DNA from: Dickeya dadantii NCPPB 898
GTDB taxonomy: Bacteria; Pseudomonadota; Gammaproteobacteria; Enterobacterales; Enterobacteriaceae
Reading direction: 5' to 3'
Length of the DNA stretch: 32,000 nucleotides
NCBI RefSeq assembly: GCF_000406145.1
Contig: NZ_CM001976.1
Coordinates: forward strand, 2,951,337 to 2,983,336
Numbering within the stretch: the stretch's first letter is position 1; each line of letters starts with the position of its first letter. A model generated the notes under the pieces. It ran no database searches and was not told the DNA's origin. It saw only the letters and a list, made by a program, of their open reading frames with translations. The position numbers and the translations under genes were made by a program. Below, in pieces: positions 19,826 through 29,699 of this stretch.

Positions 19826-22800
19826 ATGAAAAGAATGTTGATTAACGCAACTCAGCAGGAAGAGTTGCGTGTTGCCTTGGTTGATGGTCAGCGGCTTTAC
19901 GATCTGGACATTGAAAGCCCCGGTCATGAACAGAAAAAGGCAAACATTTACAAAGGCAAAATCACCCGCATCGAACCCAGCCTTGAAGCCGCTTTTGTTG
20001 ACTATGGCGCAGAGCGACATGGCTTCCTCCCTCTCAAAGAAATCGCCCGCGAATACTTCCCCAGCAACTACAACGCGCATGGCCGTCCGAACATCAAAGA
20101 TGTGCTTCGCGAAGGCCAGGAAGTCATCGTTCAGGTGGATAAAGAGGAGCGCGGTAACAAAGGCGCCGCGCTGACCACATTCATCAGTCTGGCAGGCAGC
20201 TATCTGGTGCTGATGCCGAACAACCCGCGAGCCGGCGGTATTTCCCGCCGCATCGAGGGGGATGACCGTACCGAATTAAAAGAAGCGCTGGGCTCGCTGG
20301 AACTGCCGGACGGTATGGGATTGATCGTCCGTACCGCCGGTGTGGGCAAATCCGCCGACGCGCTGCAGTGGGATCTGGCGTTCCGCCTGAAACACTGGGA
20401 AGCGATCAAGAAAGCGGCGGAAGGCCGTGCGGCGCCGTTCCTAATCCATCAGGAAAGCAACGTTATCGTCCGCGCGTTCCGCGATTATTTACGTCCGGAC
20501 ATCGGCGAAATCCTGATCGATAACCCGAAAATTCTGGAACTGGCCAAAGAGCATATCGCTGCACTGGGTCGCCCGGACTTCAGCAGCAAAATCAAGCTGT
20601 ATACCGGCGAGATCCCGCTGTTCAGCCATTATCAGATCGAATCGCAGATCGAATCCGCGTTCCAACGCGAAGTGCGTCTGCCTTCCGGCGGTTCGATTGT
20701 TATCGACACCACCGAAGCGCTGACCGCCATTGATATCAACTCCGCCCGTGCGACCCGCGGCGGCGACATTGAAGAAACAGCCTTTAACACCAACCTGGAA
20801 GCGGCGGATGAAATCGCCCGCCAGCTGCGCTTGCGCGACCTGGGTGGTTTGATCGTCATCGACTTCATCGACATGACCCCGGTCCGTCATCAGCGTGAGG
20901 TGGAAAACCGCCTGCGCGACGCGGTGCGTCAGGACCGCGCCCGCATCCAGATCGGTCGTATTTCCCGCTTTGGTCTGCTGGAAATGTCCCGCCAACGTCT
21001 GAGTCCGTCACTGGGCGAATCCAGTCACCATGTCTGCCCGCGCTGTAGCGGCACAGGCACCATCCGTGACAATGAATCGCTGTCGTTATCAATCCTGCGT
21101 CTGATTGAAGAAGAGGCGCTGAAAGAGAACACCAAAGAAGTCCACGCTATCGTACCCGTGCCCATCGCGTCTTATCTGCTCAACGAGAAACGTGAAGCGG
21201 TCAACGCGATTGAGAAACGTCAGGGGGGCGTGCGCGCCATTATCGTACCGCATGACGGTATGGAAACCCCGCACTACTCCGTACTGCGTGTCCGTAAAGG
21301 CGAGGAAAAGCAAACTCTGAGCTACATGCTGCCTCAGTTGCTGGATGTCGAATCGCAGACTTCACCGGATGAGCAAGTGCCCGAACGCCGGGTACCGGAA
21401 CAGCCGGCGCTGGCGTCCTTCACCATGTCGGACATTCCGCCCGCGGAAACCAAGCCAGCCCCTGTGGTTGCTGCACCGAAAGAGGAAAAACAACCGGCCT
21501 CTTCCGAGCGCGGTCTGTTTGGTCGCCTTGTCGGTGCACTGAAAGGCATCTTTGCCGCGCCAGTCGACGCCGGAGCCAAATCGGCTGAAACTGTCGACGT
21601 GGCATCCGACGAGCAGGAACAAAAGCAGGAACGCCGCAACAACCGCCGTCAATCCGGCCGTCGTGAACGTACTCGCGACAATCGTGAGCCGCGCGAGCGT
21701 GACGAACAGCGTCGTAACAAGCGCACGCAACCGCAGAACGCCGACATCGAAACCGCACCGGTAGCGGAAGTCTCCGTGCAAGACAAAGCCGCGCGTGATG
21801 AACAACGTCGTGAGCAGCGTGCCGAGCGCCAACGCCGTCGTCAGGAAGAAAAACGTCAGGCGCAGACCGAAGTCAAAGAGTTGAACACGGTAGCCGTCGA
21901 CACGGAAGACACTGGCGCCGAGCAGGAAAAACCGGCACAGGTGATGCAGCGCCGCCAGCGTCGTCAACTGACCCAGAAAGTGCGGGTTCAGGACAGCGAT
22001 GCCACAGTAGAGAATGCTGAAGCGCAGCTTCCCGCCGCACCGTACGTTCAGGAATCGTCCGTGGTGGAAGCACCCGAACCCGCAGCATTGGTTGCTGAGG
22101 GCGACGCCGCCGATACGGACAATGACGCAGTTGAAAGCAACCGCGAAAATGGCCTGCCGCGTCGTTCTCGCCGCTCGCCGCGCCATCTGCGAGTCAGCGG
22201 TCAGCGTCGTCGCCGTTACCGCGATGAACGCTACCCGACGCAGTCGCCGATGCCGCTGGCACAGGCTTCAGCCTCACCGGAAATGGCCTCAGGCAAAGTC
22301 TGGATTCGTTATCCGGTTGCCCAGCCGCAACAACCAGAACTGGTGGAAGAACAGGCATCCGAATCCATCGATGCCCCGCTTTCCATCGCACCGGAACTGG
22401 CGGCAGTAGCGGTTGCAACGCTCCCTGAAGCAGTAGAAGCAGTAGATGTTCTGGATACGACTCCGGCAAGCATCCCGGCGGTGGAGACACCAGCGGCGGA
22501 ATCCATTCCGACGCAGCAAGAAGTCACGCTGACTGAAGCGACTCAGGAGCTTAACGCCAGCAACGTGCAGGATCGGGAAGAGATTCCTCAGCCTCAGGAG
22601 ACACAGCAGCCGGCACCTAAGCTTGAGGAAATCGCCGCTCTTGTCGAAGAGTCCGTCGAAGAAGCGCCCGCCGCGGTTGTTGTTACAGAGATTGTTGCTG
22701 CCGATAGCAACGCGACGACCAGCAGCGAACTCGCCGAAACACAGGCAACTGAGCAACCGCAGGTTACTCACGAGCCAGTGCAGGCCGAGAATACGCCAGC

Positions 22801-23035
22801 CACTCAGGAACCGATCGCCGCGCCAGCGCCAGCCGATACTTCGACTGCGGTGCCGCCCCGTCAGCACTATGCCGCCGCGCCGATGACTCGCGCGCCAGCG
22901 CCGGCATATGTTCCTGACGCTCCGCGCGTCAGCGACTGGCAACGCCCGGCATTCGCGTTCACTGGTAAAGGTTCTGCCGGTGGTCATTCTGCCGAGAATC
23001 AGTCCAGCGCGCCAGCGACACGACCGGTGGAATAA
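19826..23035 (+). CDS. rne: ribonuclease E
   Basis: Track ORF 19766..23035. The true start is [30 protein letters not shown] at 19826. It has an S1 domain, the Zn-link CPRCSGTG, and C-terminal scaffold microdomains (details in findings). Confidence 0.98.
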   Translation: MKRMLINATQQEELRVALVDGQRLYDLDIESPGHEQKKANIYKGKITRIEPSLEAAFVDYGAERHGFLPLKEIAREYFPSNYNAHGRPNIKDVLREGQEVIVQVDKEERGNKGAALTTFISLAGSYLVLMPNNPRAGGISRRIEGDDRTELKEALGSLELPDGMGLIVRTAGVGKSADALQWDLAFRLKHWEAIKKAAEGRAAPFLIHQESNVIVRAFRDYLRPDIGEILIDNPKILELAKEHIAALGRPDFSSKIKLYTGEIPLFSHYQIESQIESAFQREVRLPSGGSIVIDTTEALTAIDINSARATRGGDIEETAFNTNLEAADEIARQLRLRDLGGLIVIDFIDMTPVRHQREVENRLRDAVRQDRARIQIGRISRFGLLEMSRQRLSPSLGESSHHVCPRCSGTGTIRDNESLSLSILRLIEEEALKENTKEVHAIVPVPIASYLLNEKREAVNAIEKRQGGVRAIIVPHDGMETPHYSVLRVRKGEEKQTLSYMLPQLLDVESQTSPDEQVPERRVPEQPALASFTMSDIPPAETKPAPVVAAPKEEKQPASSERGLFGRLVGALKGIFAAPVDAGAKSAETVDVASDEQEQKQERRNNRRQSGRRERTRDNREPRERDEQRRNKRTQPQNADIETAPVAEVSVQDKAARDEQRREQRAERQRRRQEEKRQAQTEVKELNTVAVDTEDTGAEQEKPAQVMQRRQRRQLTQKVRVQDSDATVENAEAQLPAAPYVQESSVVEAPEPAALVAEGDAADTDNDAVESNRENGLPRRSRRSPRHLRVSGQRRRRYRDERYPTQSPMPLAQASASPEMASGKVWIRYPVAQPQQPELVEEQASESIDAPLSIAPELAAVAVATLPEAVEAVDVLDTTPASIPAVETPAAESIPTQQEVTLTEATQELNASNVQDREEIPQPQETQQPAPKLEEIAALVEESVEEAPAAVVVTEIVAADSNATTSSELAETQATEQPQVTHEPVQAENTPATQEPIAAPAPADTSTAVPPRQHYAAAPMTRAPAPAYVPDAPRVSDWQRPAFAFTGKGSAGGHSAENQSSAPATRPVE

Positions 23036-23047
23036 TAATATAAAAAA

Positions 23048-23073
23048 AGCACCTCGCTTCAGCGGGTGCTTTT
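23048..23073. terminator. rne terminator hairpin 1, bidirectional in form
   Basis: AGCACCtCGC-ttca-GCGGGTGCT is flanked by A7 upstream and TTT downstream. It lies 12 nt after the rne stop. Confidence 0.7.
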
Positions 23074-23081
23074 CCACCTAA

Positions 23082-23110
23082 ATGCCCGTCAATGACGGGC
23101 ATTATTTTTT
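23082..23110 (+). terminator. second rho-independent terminator after rne
   Basis: ATGCCCGTCA-at-TGACGGGCAT is followed by TATTTTTT. Confidence 0.7.
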
Positions 23111-23400
23111 CAGGCAATCGTCTGCAGCAACTTGATATCCATGCCATCGATCTTGCCTTCCAACTGAGCGACAAGCGCGCGAAAATGCGCCGTCTGCTCG
23201 TGCTCGTTGATAGCCTCCTGGCTTTTCCAGCGCTCAAAGAACACGAACGAACCGGTTTTATTCAGTTCTTCATGCAACTCATACTGTAGATTGCCGGCTT
23301 CCTGACGGCTCGGCGCAACAACCTGGCGGACAGCAGCCGCGACATCGTTAATGAATTCCGGCTTAGCCTGAACGCTGGCGACGATACGAATTTCCATCAT
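23110..23400 (-). CDS. ABM-domain (antibiotic biosynthesis monooxygenase-like) putative quinol monooxygenase
   Basis: Track ORF 23110..23451. The ~96-aa core MMEIRIVASVQAKPEF...FVFFERWKSQEAINEHEQTAHF is typical of the ABM ferredoxin-like fold, cf. YgiN. A GGAG lies upstream of the ATG pair at 23400/23397. The start is uncertain by one codon. Confidence 0.75.
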   Translation of the reverse strand: MMEIRIVASVQAKPEFINDVAAAVRQVVAPSRQEAGNLQYELHEELNKTGSFVFFERWKSQEAINEHEQTAHFRALVAQLEGKIDGMDIKLLQTIA

Positions 23401-23577
23401 AATACTCCATGAATATAACAACCGATTGAATATCCAACTATAAAACGCCAACCGCAGGCTAATTTCAACCTTTTCGCTACAAACGGATGCAATCGCTACA
23501 CTTTCCGCTTATGCTTATTCCCCGCCATATCACTCCCTGTTTCAGGGACGTTATTTACCGACCGCCGGAGTTTTTTC

Positions 23578-24621
23578 ATGACCCCCTTGCCGAATGTTCT
23601 GAAGATTCGTCGTCCTGACGACTGGCACCTTCACCTGCGTGACGATCAGATGCTCAAGGCTGTATTACCCTATACCAGCCGACTGTTCGCCAGAGCGATC
23701 GTGATGCCGAATCTGACGCCGCCTATTACCACCGTGGCCCAGGCTGAAGCATATCGGCAGCGGATTTTGTCCGCCGTTCCAGCCGGCGAGACCTTCCAGC
23801 CGCTGATGACCTGTTACCTGACGGAGTCACTGGACAAAAACGAAATCATCTCGGGCTATCAGCAAGGCGTATTTACCGCCGCCAAGCTTTATCCGGCGCA
23901 CGCCACCACCAACTCCAGCCACGGCGTATCGGATATCAAAACTATCTACCCGGTGTTGGAAGCGATGCAAAAACTGGGCATGCCGTTACTGGTTCATGGC
24001 GAAGTCACCGATCCAGAGGTCGACATTTTCGATCGCGAGGCCCGTTTCATCGAACGCATCATGCAGCCACTGCGTCGGCAGTTCCCGGAATTGAAAGTGG
24101 TGTTTGAGCACATTACCACTCGCGAAGCCGCTCAGTATGTGCAGTCTGCCGATCGTTTTGTCGCGGCCACCATCACTCCGCAGCACCTGATGTTCAATCG
24201 CAATCACATGCTGGTGGGCGGCATCCGTCCGCATCTGTACTGCCTGCCGATCCTCAAGCGCAATACGCACCAACAGGCTTTGCGCGAAGCGGTCGCCAGC
24301 GGTAGCGAGAAATTCTTCCTCGGCACCGACTCCGCCCCTCATGCCAAACACCGTAAAGAATCATCTTGCGGCTGTGCCGGCGTCTTCAACGCACAGGCCT
24401 CATTGAGCGCTTACGCCACCGTATTTGAGGAATTGAACGCTCTGGATAAACTGGAAGCGTTCTGCTCTCTGAATGGCCCGCGTTTTTACGGGTTGCCGGT
24501 TAACGAAGGCACGCTTGAATTACACCGTCAACCGGTACAGTTTCCGGAAGAAATTGTCGCTAACGAAGAGACCATCATTCCGTTTCTTGCCGGCCAAAGC
24601 CTGAACTGGTCTGTCGCCTGA
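23578..24621 (+). CDS. pyrC: dihydroorotase
   Basis: Track ORF, 347 aa. [49 protein letters not shown] and [20 protein letters not shown] are near-identical to E. coli PyrC. Confidence 0.98.
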   Translation: MTPLPNVLKIRRPDDWHLHLRDDQMLKAVLPYTSRLFARAIVMPNLTPPITTVAQAEAYRQRILSAVPAGETFQPLMTCYLTESLDKNEIISGYQQGVFTAAKLYPAHATTNSSHGVSDIKTIYPVLEAMQKLGMPLLVHGEVTDPEVDIFDREARFIERIMQPLRRQFPELKVVFEHITTREAAQYVQSADRFVAATITPQHLMFNRNHMLVGGIRPHLYCLPILKRNTHQQALREAVASGSEKFFLGTDSAPHAKHRKESSCGCAGVFNAQASLSAYATVFEELNALDKLEAFCSLNGPRFYGLPVNEGTLELHRQPVQFPEEIVANEETIIPFLAGQSLNWSVA

Positions 24622-24694
24622 TCCCCCCACTCCCTGCCAGCCAGGGAGTCACTTAGTACACATTTTTTTATGTATATTGTTGCCTTCCCTGAGA

Positions 24695-24713
24695 TACTGT
24701 ATAAAAATACAGT
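24695..24713. promoter_or_regulatory. LexA (SOS) box of dinI
   Basis: TACTGTATAAAAATACAGT fits CTGT-N8-ACAG exactly, is palindromic, and lies 17 nt upstream of the dinI start. Confidence 0.9.
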
Positions 24714-24729
24714 TAAAAAGGAGGCAATC

Positions 24730-24972
24730 ATGCGTATTGAACTGACCATAGCAAAAACTACCCTTCTGCCTGCTGGCGCACTTGAAGCGCTGACCGACGA
24801 ACTGAGTCACCGGGTGCATGGCATTTATCCGGATACCCCGGTCCACATCCGCTACGCTGCTGCCAATAATCTAAGCGTCTTTGGCGGCAACAAAGACGAT
24901 AAAGAGAGAATATCGGAAATCCTACAGGAGACATGGGAAAGCGCTGACGACTGGTTTATTCAAAACGAGTAG
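24730..24972 (+). CDS. dinI: DNA damage-inducible protein I
   Basis: Track ORF 24670..24972. The true start is MRIELTIAKTTLLPAGALEAL at 24730, after AAGGAGG. The C-terminus RISEILQETWESADDWF matches E. coli DinI. Confidence 0.96.
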   Translation: MRIELTIAKTTLLPAGALEALTDELSHRVHGIYPDTPVHIRYAAANNLSVFGGNKDDKERISEILQETWESADDWFIQNE

Positions 24973-25002
24973 TACTTTTTCCATCTGCACAGATTACCTC
25001 AT

Positions 25003-25038
25003 GGCCAGTCCTCTTACGTCTGGCCTCTTAATTTTTTT
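25003..25038 (+). terminator. rho-independent terminator of dinI
   Basis: GGCCAG-11 nt-CTGGCC is followed by TCTTAATTTTTTT. Confidence 0.7.
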
Positions 25039-25267
25039 CGCGAATGTGGCGCTAAATCGTACGTTTACATTAACGAGCTGTACTATTTTGTTCAGAAATC
25101 ATCGTGCATTTCACCAGATAATTAGCTGAAACATCCACTTGAGTTTTTTTTACATTTAATTTCCATAAATGAATCTGACAGAGATATACTGATATTGCTC
25201 AGCTACAAGAGCCGTCTTAAACCTCGTTTAGTCACTCACGGTAGTAACTAGTCAATAAGGGGTATTT

Positions 25268-25522
25268 ATGGACAGAAAAAATGAGATTATTCAAACGCAC
25301 CCGCTAGTCGGCTGGGATATCAGTACCGTTGACAGTTATGACGCAATGATGATCCGCCTGCATTACCTTTCTACGGCGGACCAGGCGCCAGATGAAGCGC
25401 AGGTTGACCGGACATTATGGTTAACCACGGACGTGGCAAAACAGCTTATCTCTATCCTGGAGGCTGGGATTGCCAAAATCGAATCGAATGAATATCAACC
25501 TGCTGACTATCTTAAGCATTAA
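25268..25522 (+). CDS. bssS: biofilm regulator BssS (YceP)
   Basis: Track ORF, 84 aa. IQTHPLVGWDISTVDSYDA...TLWLTTDVAKQLISILEAGIAKIES closely matches E. coli BssS (84 aa). Confidence 0.95.
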   Translation: MDRKNEIIQTHPLVGWDISTVDSYDAMMIRLHYLSTADQAPDEAQVDRTLWLTTDVAKQLISILEAGIAKIESNEYQPADYLKH

Positions 25523-25567
25523 TATTTTTTATATTTATCACTATTCACCATTGTCATTATCTCCCCC

Positions 25568-25591
25568 GACACCGCTCCCCGGAGCGGTGTC
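25568..25591 (+). terminator. hairpin terminator after bssS
   Basis: GACACCGCTCC-cc-GGAGCGGTGTC is a perfect 11-bp stem followed by TTAGCGTTTATAT, a weak U-tract. Confidence 0.65.
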
Positions 25592-25901
25592 TTAGCGTTT
25601 ATATCTTCATTACAACAAATTCAGTGACTAATTTATTTATTAAAAGAAATTCTCCAAAAAATGAAATCAAAAAAATAAATAACTCAATTTAATAAGCCAA
25701 AATTTACCTTCCTGAATTTAAATAAATAAAGAAATATTTTAATAACCTTACACAGTTACTCTGAACAATAACGCCGTTATAATTTCAAATTTATTGAAAT
25801 ATAAAAATATCGTATCAGATATTCTATTTTTATATTGATTTTATGTTTCCAGGTGTTTACTTTCCCGAAACAAAGGTCAACCGATGATAAGGATTTCAAT
25901 A

Positions 25902-26456
25902 ATGCTTTGGCGTAATACGTCAACCCGCTATGGACACATTAGCGTACTGCTGCACTGGATTACCGCTGCCACAGTATATGGCATGTTTGCATTAGGGCTA
26001 TGGATGGTCGCACTGGGATATTATGATCCCTGGTATCACAACGCCCCTGAAATACATAAAGGCATAGGCATATTGCTGTTTCTGGCGCTACTATTCCGGG
26101 TGATATGGCGCTGGGTTTCTCCCCCGCCGCGTCCACTATCCAGCTATTCCACACTGACACATATTGGCGCCACGTTAGCGCATATATTCTTGTATCTGCT
26201 GTTATTCAGCATCCTGATTAGTGGTTACCTGATTTCCACCGCCGAAGGTCAGCCAATTTCCGTCTTTGGCTGGTTCTCGGTGCCCGCTACGCTGAGCGGT
26301 ATTCAGGATCAGGCGGATACCGCCGGCACTATCCATTTGTATCTTGCGTGGGCGGTCGTCATTTTGTCCGTCTTGCATGCGCTGGCGGCATTTAAACACC
26401 ACTTCATCGACCGTGACGCGACATTAAAACGCATGTTGGGTCGACAGGCGGATTAA
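25902..26456 (+). CDS. yceJ: cytochrome b561 family protein YceJ
   Basis: Track ORF 25884..26456. It has four predicted TM helices with conserved His residues (LLHW, EIHKGIG, AHIFLY, HALAAFKHHF). I prefer the ATG at 25902 (AAGGA 8 nt upstream), but 25884 is also possible. Confidence 0.88.
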   Translation: MLWRNTSTRYGHISVLLHWITAATVYGMFALGLWMVALGYYDPWYHNAPEIHKGIGILLFLALLFRVIWRWVSPPPRPLSSYSTLTHIGATLAHIFLYLLLFSILISGYLISTAEGQPISVFGWFSVPATLSGIQDQADTAGTIHLYLAWAVVILSVLHALAAFKHHFIDRDATLKRMLGRQAD

Positions 26457-26484
26457 TTCATTCTGGGTTTAAGGAGAAATACCA

Positions 26485-27063
26485 ATGTTTAAGAAGGCAA
26501 TTCTGGGCGTGACTATGGCTTCCCTGTTCAGCTTCGCAGGAGCCGCTACCGCTGCCGACTATAAAATTGACAAGGAAGGACAGCATGCGTTTGTTCAGTT
26601 CCGTATCAAGCATCTGGGATACAGCTGGTTATACGGTACGTTCAAGGATTTCGACGGCGCATTTACCTTTGATGAAAATAATCCGTCCTCAGACAAAGTC
26701 AGCGTAACCATCAATACCAACAGTGTTGATACCAACCACGCCGAACGTGATAAACATATTCGCAGCGCCGAATTCCTGAATGTTGCCAAACACCCTCAGG
26801 CGACATTCGCATCCACCGAAGTGAAAAAAGACGGCGATGAACTGAAAATTACCGGCAACCTGACATTAAACGGCGTAACTAAACCGCTGACGCTGGAAGC
26901 CAAAGCGCTGGGCCAAGGTAATGACCCGTGGGGAAATTATCGTGCCGGTTTCGAAGCCGAAGGGAAACTGAAGCTGAAAGATTTTAATATCACTACCGAT
27001 CTTGGCCCGGCTTCTCAGGAAGTGGAGCTGATCATTTCGGTCGAAGGTATTCGTCAGAAATAA
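26485..27063 (+). CDS. yceI: periplasmic YceI-family polyisoprenoid-binding protein
   Basis: Track ORF, 192 aa. It has a signal peptide ending AATA-ADY and the YceI-domain motifs [11 protein letters not shown] and [16 protein letters not shown], preceded by AAGGAG. Confidence 0.95.
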   Translation: MFKKAILGVTMASLFSFAGAATAADYKIDKEGQHAFVQFRIKHLGYSWLYGTFKDFDGAFTFDENNPSSDKVSVTINTNSVDTNHAERDKHIRSAEFLNVAKHPQATFASTEVKKDGDELKITGNLTLNGVTKPLTLEAKALGQGNDPWGNYRAGFEAEGKLKLKDFNITTDLGPASQEVELIISVEGIRQK

Positions 27064-27069
27064 TATTTT

Positions 27070-27100
27070 GCGCAGAGTCTTTATAGGCTCTGCGCTTTTC
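27070..27100. terminator. bidirectional terminator between convergent yceI and trhO
   Basis: GCGCAGAG-11 nt-CTCTGCGC is followed by TTTT on the plus strand. Confidence 0.7.
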
Positions 27101-27110
27101 GCCATCAGCG

Positions 27111-28169
27111 TTATTTTTTCTCTTCCGGTGCGGGAATACCCAAAGTGGCATTCAGCAATCCTTTAGATTTATTGAAGATCTTCATACTGATTTCACGATT
27201 TTTCCGGCGCTGACGCTGCTCTTCAAGCGGTAACCGGATTTCATCCTGACACACGGCGCTACAACATCCCTCATATTTTTCTGCACACGTCGGGCATTGA
27301 ATAAACAGTAAGTGGCATCCCTGATTCTTGCAGTTGACATGGGTATCGCACGGCTCACCGCATTGATGGCAGTGGGCAATCACATCCCCGGATACTCGTT
27401 CCCCCATCCGTTCGTCAAATACAAAATTTTTGCCGATAAACCGGAGGGGTAATCCGTTGGCTTTAGCCTGCCGCACGTATTCAATAATGCCGCCTTCAAC
27501 GTGATAGACATTCCTGAAACCATGATGGAGCATGTAGGCGCTGGCTTTTTCACAGCGAATCCCGCCGGTGCAATACATCACGATATTCTTGTCACGTGCG
27601 CCCGCCAGCATATCGACCGCCATCGGCAACTGCTCACGGAAGGTATCGGAGGGCACTTCAATCGCGTTTTCAAAATGGCCGACTTCATACTCGTAATGAT
27701 TGCGCATATCCACGAACAACGTATCAGGATCGTCCGCCATCCGGTTGACGTCTTCCGCTTTGAGGTACTGGCCGACCCGGGTCGGATCGAAACTGGCATC
27801 ATCAATGCCATCTGCGACAATGCGATCCCGCACCTTCATGCGCAATACCCAAAATGACTTACCGTCATCCTCCAGCGCGATATTCAGCCGAATCCCGTTC
27901 AGCGCCGGATGCGAGCCGAACAGAGCACGACGAAAGTCCTCAAAATGGCTGGCCGGAACGCTGACCTGCGCGTTAATCCCTTCTCTGGCAATATAAACGC
28001 GACCGAATACCTTTACATGGCTAAAGGCGATATAGAGCGCATCGCGGAAAGCCTGCGGGTCGTCCAACTGGAAATATTTGTAAAAAGAAACTGTGGTGCG
28101 CGGTTCGGTTTCAGCGAGCATGCGCGCTCTCAGTTCCTCATTGGAAACACGGTTATGTAACACTGGCAT
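27111..28169 (-). CDS. trhO: tRNA uridine(34) hydroxylase TrhO (rhodanese-domain protein YceA)
   Basis: Track ORF 27111..28238. The true start is [26 protein letters not shown] at 28169, giving 352 aa. The rhodanese active-site loop [12 protein letters not shown] and the C-terminal Cys cluster CHQCGEPCD...CKNQGC are present, as in E. coli YceA. Confidence 0.95.
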   Translation of the reverse strand: MPVLHNRVSNEELRARMLAETEPRTTVSFYKYFQLDDPQAFRDALYIAFSHVKVFGRVYIAREGINAQVSVPASHFEDFRRALFGSHPALNGIRLNIALEDDGKSFWVLRMKVRDRIVADGIDDASFDPTRVGQYLKAEDVNRMADDPDTLFVDMRNHYEYEVGHFENAIEVPSDTFREQLPMAVDMLAGARDKNIVMYCTGGIRCEKASAYMLHHGFRNVYHVEGGIIEYVRQAKANGLPLRFIGKNFVFDERMGERVSGDVIAHCHQCGEPCDTHVNCKNQGCHLLFIQCPTCAEKYEGCCSAVCQDEIRLPLEEQRQRRKNREISMKIFNKSKGLLNATLGIPAPEEKK

Positions 28170-28378
28170 GGTGTACGATCCTGTTTTTATTGAGGTGAAT
28201 AGCGTTAAGATGATATGAAGGCGATGTTGCGCAAACAATAAATTGCCGCCGCATCATACACGAGGGATAGCATACTGTCAGTGAATGACGTGCATATCGG
28301 AATGTGAAATCGTTATTTCAGGCGCAGCGACATCTCTGGCAATGTTTCCCGGGCATATCTCAGACGGAGGTTATCTTC

Positions 28379-29482
28379 ATGAGCAAACTGTTCAGCCCAT
28401 TGGCATTGGGAAACCTGACGCTGCCAAACCGTATCATCATCGCACCGATGTGCCAGTACTCAGCTGAAAATGGCAAAGCGACCGAATGGCATATGATGCA
28501 TCTGGGTACGCTGTCGCATTCCGGCGCCGGATTACTGATTCTGGAAGCCACCGCCGTCTTGCCGGAGGGGCGCATTTCACCGCAGGACCTCGGTCTGTGG
28601 GACGACGATACCGAACGCGCACTGGCGCCGGTTGTGCGGGGCATCCGTAAACACTCCGCCATCCCACTGGGCATTCAGCTCGGCCACGCCGGCCGCAAAG
28701 CCTCAACCGGCGCGCCCTGGGCTAATCGAACATTCCTGCCTCCAGAACAAGGCGGCTGGCAGACGGTGGCGCCTTCCGCGTTGCCTTACCACCCGGATGA
28801 CACCCCGCCTGTCGCCATGAGCCACGATCAAATCAAGAACCTGATTGACGCCTTCGCCGCCTCGGCCAGACGGGCAGATCGGCTGGGATTCGATTTGATC
28901 GAGATCCATGCCGCTCACGGTTACCTGTTGCACCAGTTTCTGTCGCCACTAACCAACCAGCGCGACGACGAATATGGGGGATCGCTGACAAATCGAATGC
29001 GCCTGCTACGCGAGATTTATATGGCAGTGCGTGAAGTGTTCCCGCCTCATAAAGCGGTAGGCGTTCGTATTTCCGCCACTGATGCCGTCGAGGGGGGCTG
29101 GGATCTGGCGCAATCCGTTGAGCTAGGCCACGTGCTGCGTCAGTTGGGGTGCGACTATATTCACGTCTCCAGCGGTGGTCTGTCGCCCTTACAGCAAATT
29201 CATCCCGCGCCCAATTATCAGGTGCCTTTCGCACAAAAAATTCGTCAGGAAACCGGGCTGGTAACCATCGCCGTCGGTTTGATCACCGAGCCCGAGCAGG
29301 CAGAAGCTATTCTGGCAACCGAAGAAGCGGATGCCATAGCCCTTGCCCGCGCGATATTGTTCAATCCGCGCTGGCCGTGGCACGCGGCGATCCGGCTGAA
29401 AGAAAAAGTTAATCGCGCCTCCCCAGTACTGGCGCTGCGAACCGCATTACGCCAAAGGGTTATTTACCCCGCTATAAATTAA
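28379..29482 (+). CDS. Old Yellow Enzyme family NADH:flavin oxidoreductase (YqjM/XenA-like class); the C-terminal ~23 codons look out of frame
   Basis: Track ORF 28304..29482. The start is [28 protein letters not shown] at 28379, with GGAGG 8 nt upstream. The motifs [22 protein letters not shown] and [14 protein letters not shown] are present. See the findings for the 3' frame problem. Confidence 0.85.
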   Translation: MSKLFSPLALGNLTLPNRIIIAPMCQYSAENGKATEWHMMHLGTLSHSGAGLLILEATAVLPEGRISPQDLGLWDDDTERALAPVVRGIRKHSAIPLGIQLGHAGRKASTGAPWANRTFLPPEQGGWQTVAPSALPYHPDDTPPVAMSHDQIKNLIDAFAASARRADRLGFDLIEIHAAHGYLLHQFLSPLTNQRDDEYGGSLTNRMRLLREIYMAVREVFPPHKAVGVRISATDAVEGGWDLAQSVELGHVLRQLGCDYIHVSSGGLSPLQQIHPAPNYQVPFAQKIRQETGLVTIAVGLITEPEQAEAILATEEADAIALARAILFNPRWPWHAAIRLKEKVNRASPVLALRTALRQRVIYPAIN

Positions 29483-29483
29483 T

Positions 29484-29504
29484 GTCCCCGCCTCGCGCGG
29501 GGAC
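29484..29504 (+). terminator. GC-rich hairpin after the OYE gene
   Basis: GTCCCCGC-ctcgc-GCGGGGAC starts 2 nt after the stop codon. No U-tract follows, so its terminator function is uncertain. Confidence 0.4.
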
Positions 29505-29699
29505 AGCGCTACCCAATGTCACCAAACGTTAAAACCCATATCCCTCAAATGCTATTATGGATACCGTGTTGAATTTGCGGATAAAAGCAACAAGCGTATT
29601 CTCTCCTTAATAACGCCGCTTTCGGCTATTCTGTTGGAAAACGCTGATCATTACATTAAACCGTCGGCGCGTTGTTCGCCGTTTTCTGATACTGAGGTT

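Noticed and set aside
21362-23077. Two long minus-strand ORFs (274 aa and 262 aa) opposite the rne C-terminal half.
   Set aside because: They arise from the repetitive, stop-poor GAR/CGN-rich coding sequence of the RNase E scaffold. They are Arg/Cys/Phe/Leu-rich nonsense composition with no start context.
23476-23548. A possible PurR box (gctacaaacggatgcaat) and leader hairpin (TCCCTGtttCAGGGA, 23534-23548) upstream of pyrC. These were considered by analogy with PurR repression and CTP-sensitive start-site/hairpin control of E. coli pyrC.
   Set aside because: By my count the PurR match is only about 9 of 16 positions. The hairpin does not overlap the GGAG Shine-Dalgarno, unlike the E. coli mechanism. 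This is not enough support to call either.
24881-25129. An 82-aa plus-strand ORF spanning the dinI 3' end and terminator.
   Set aside because: It overlaps dinI out of frame and runs through the dinI terminator hairpin, with no SD and no similarity to anything I recognise.
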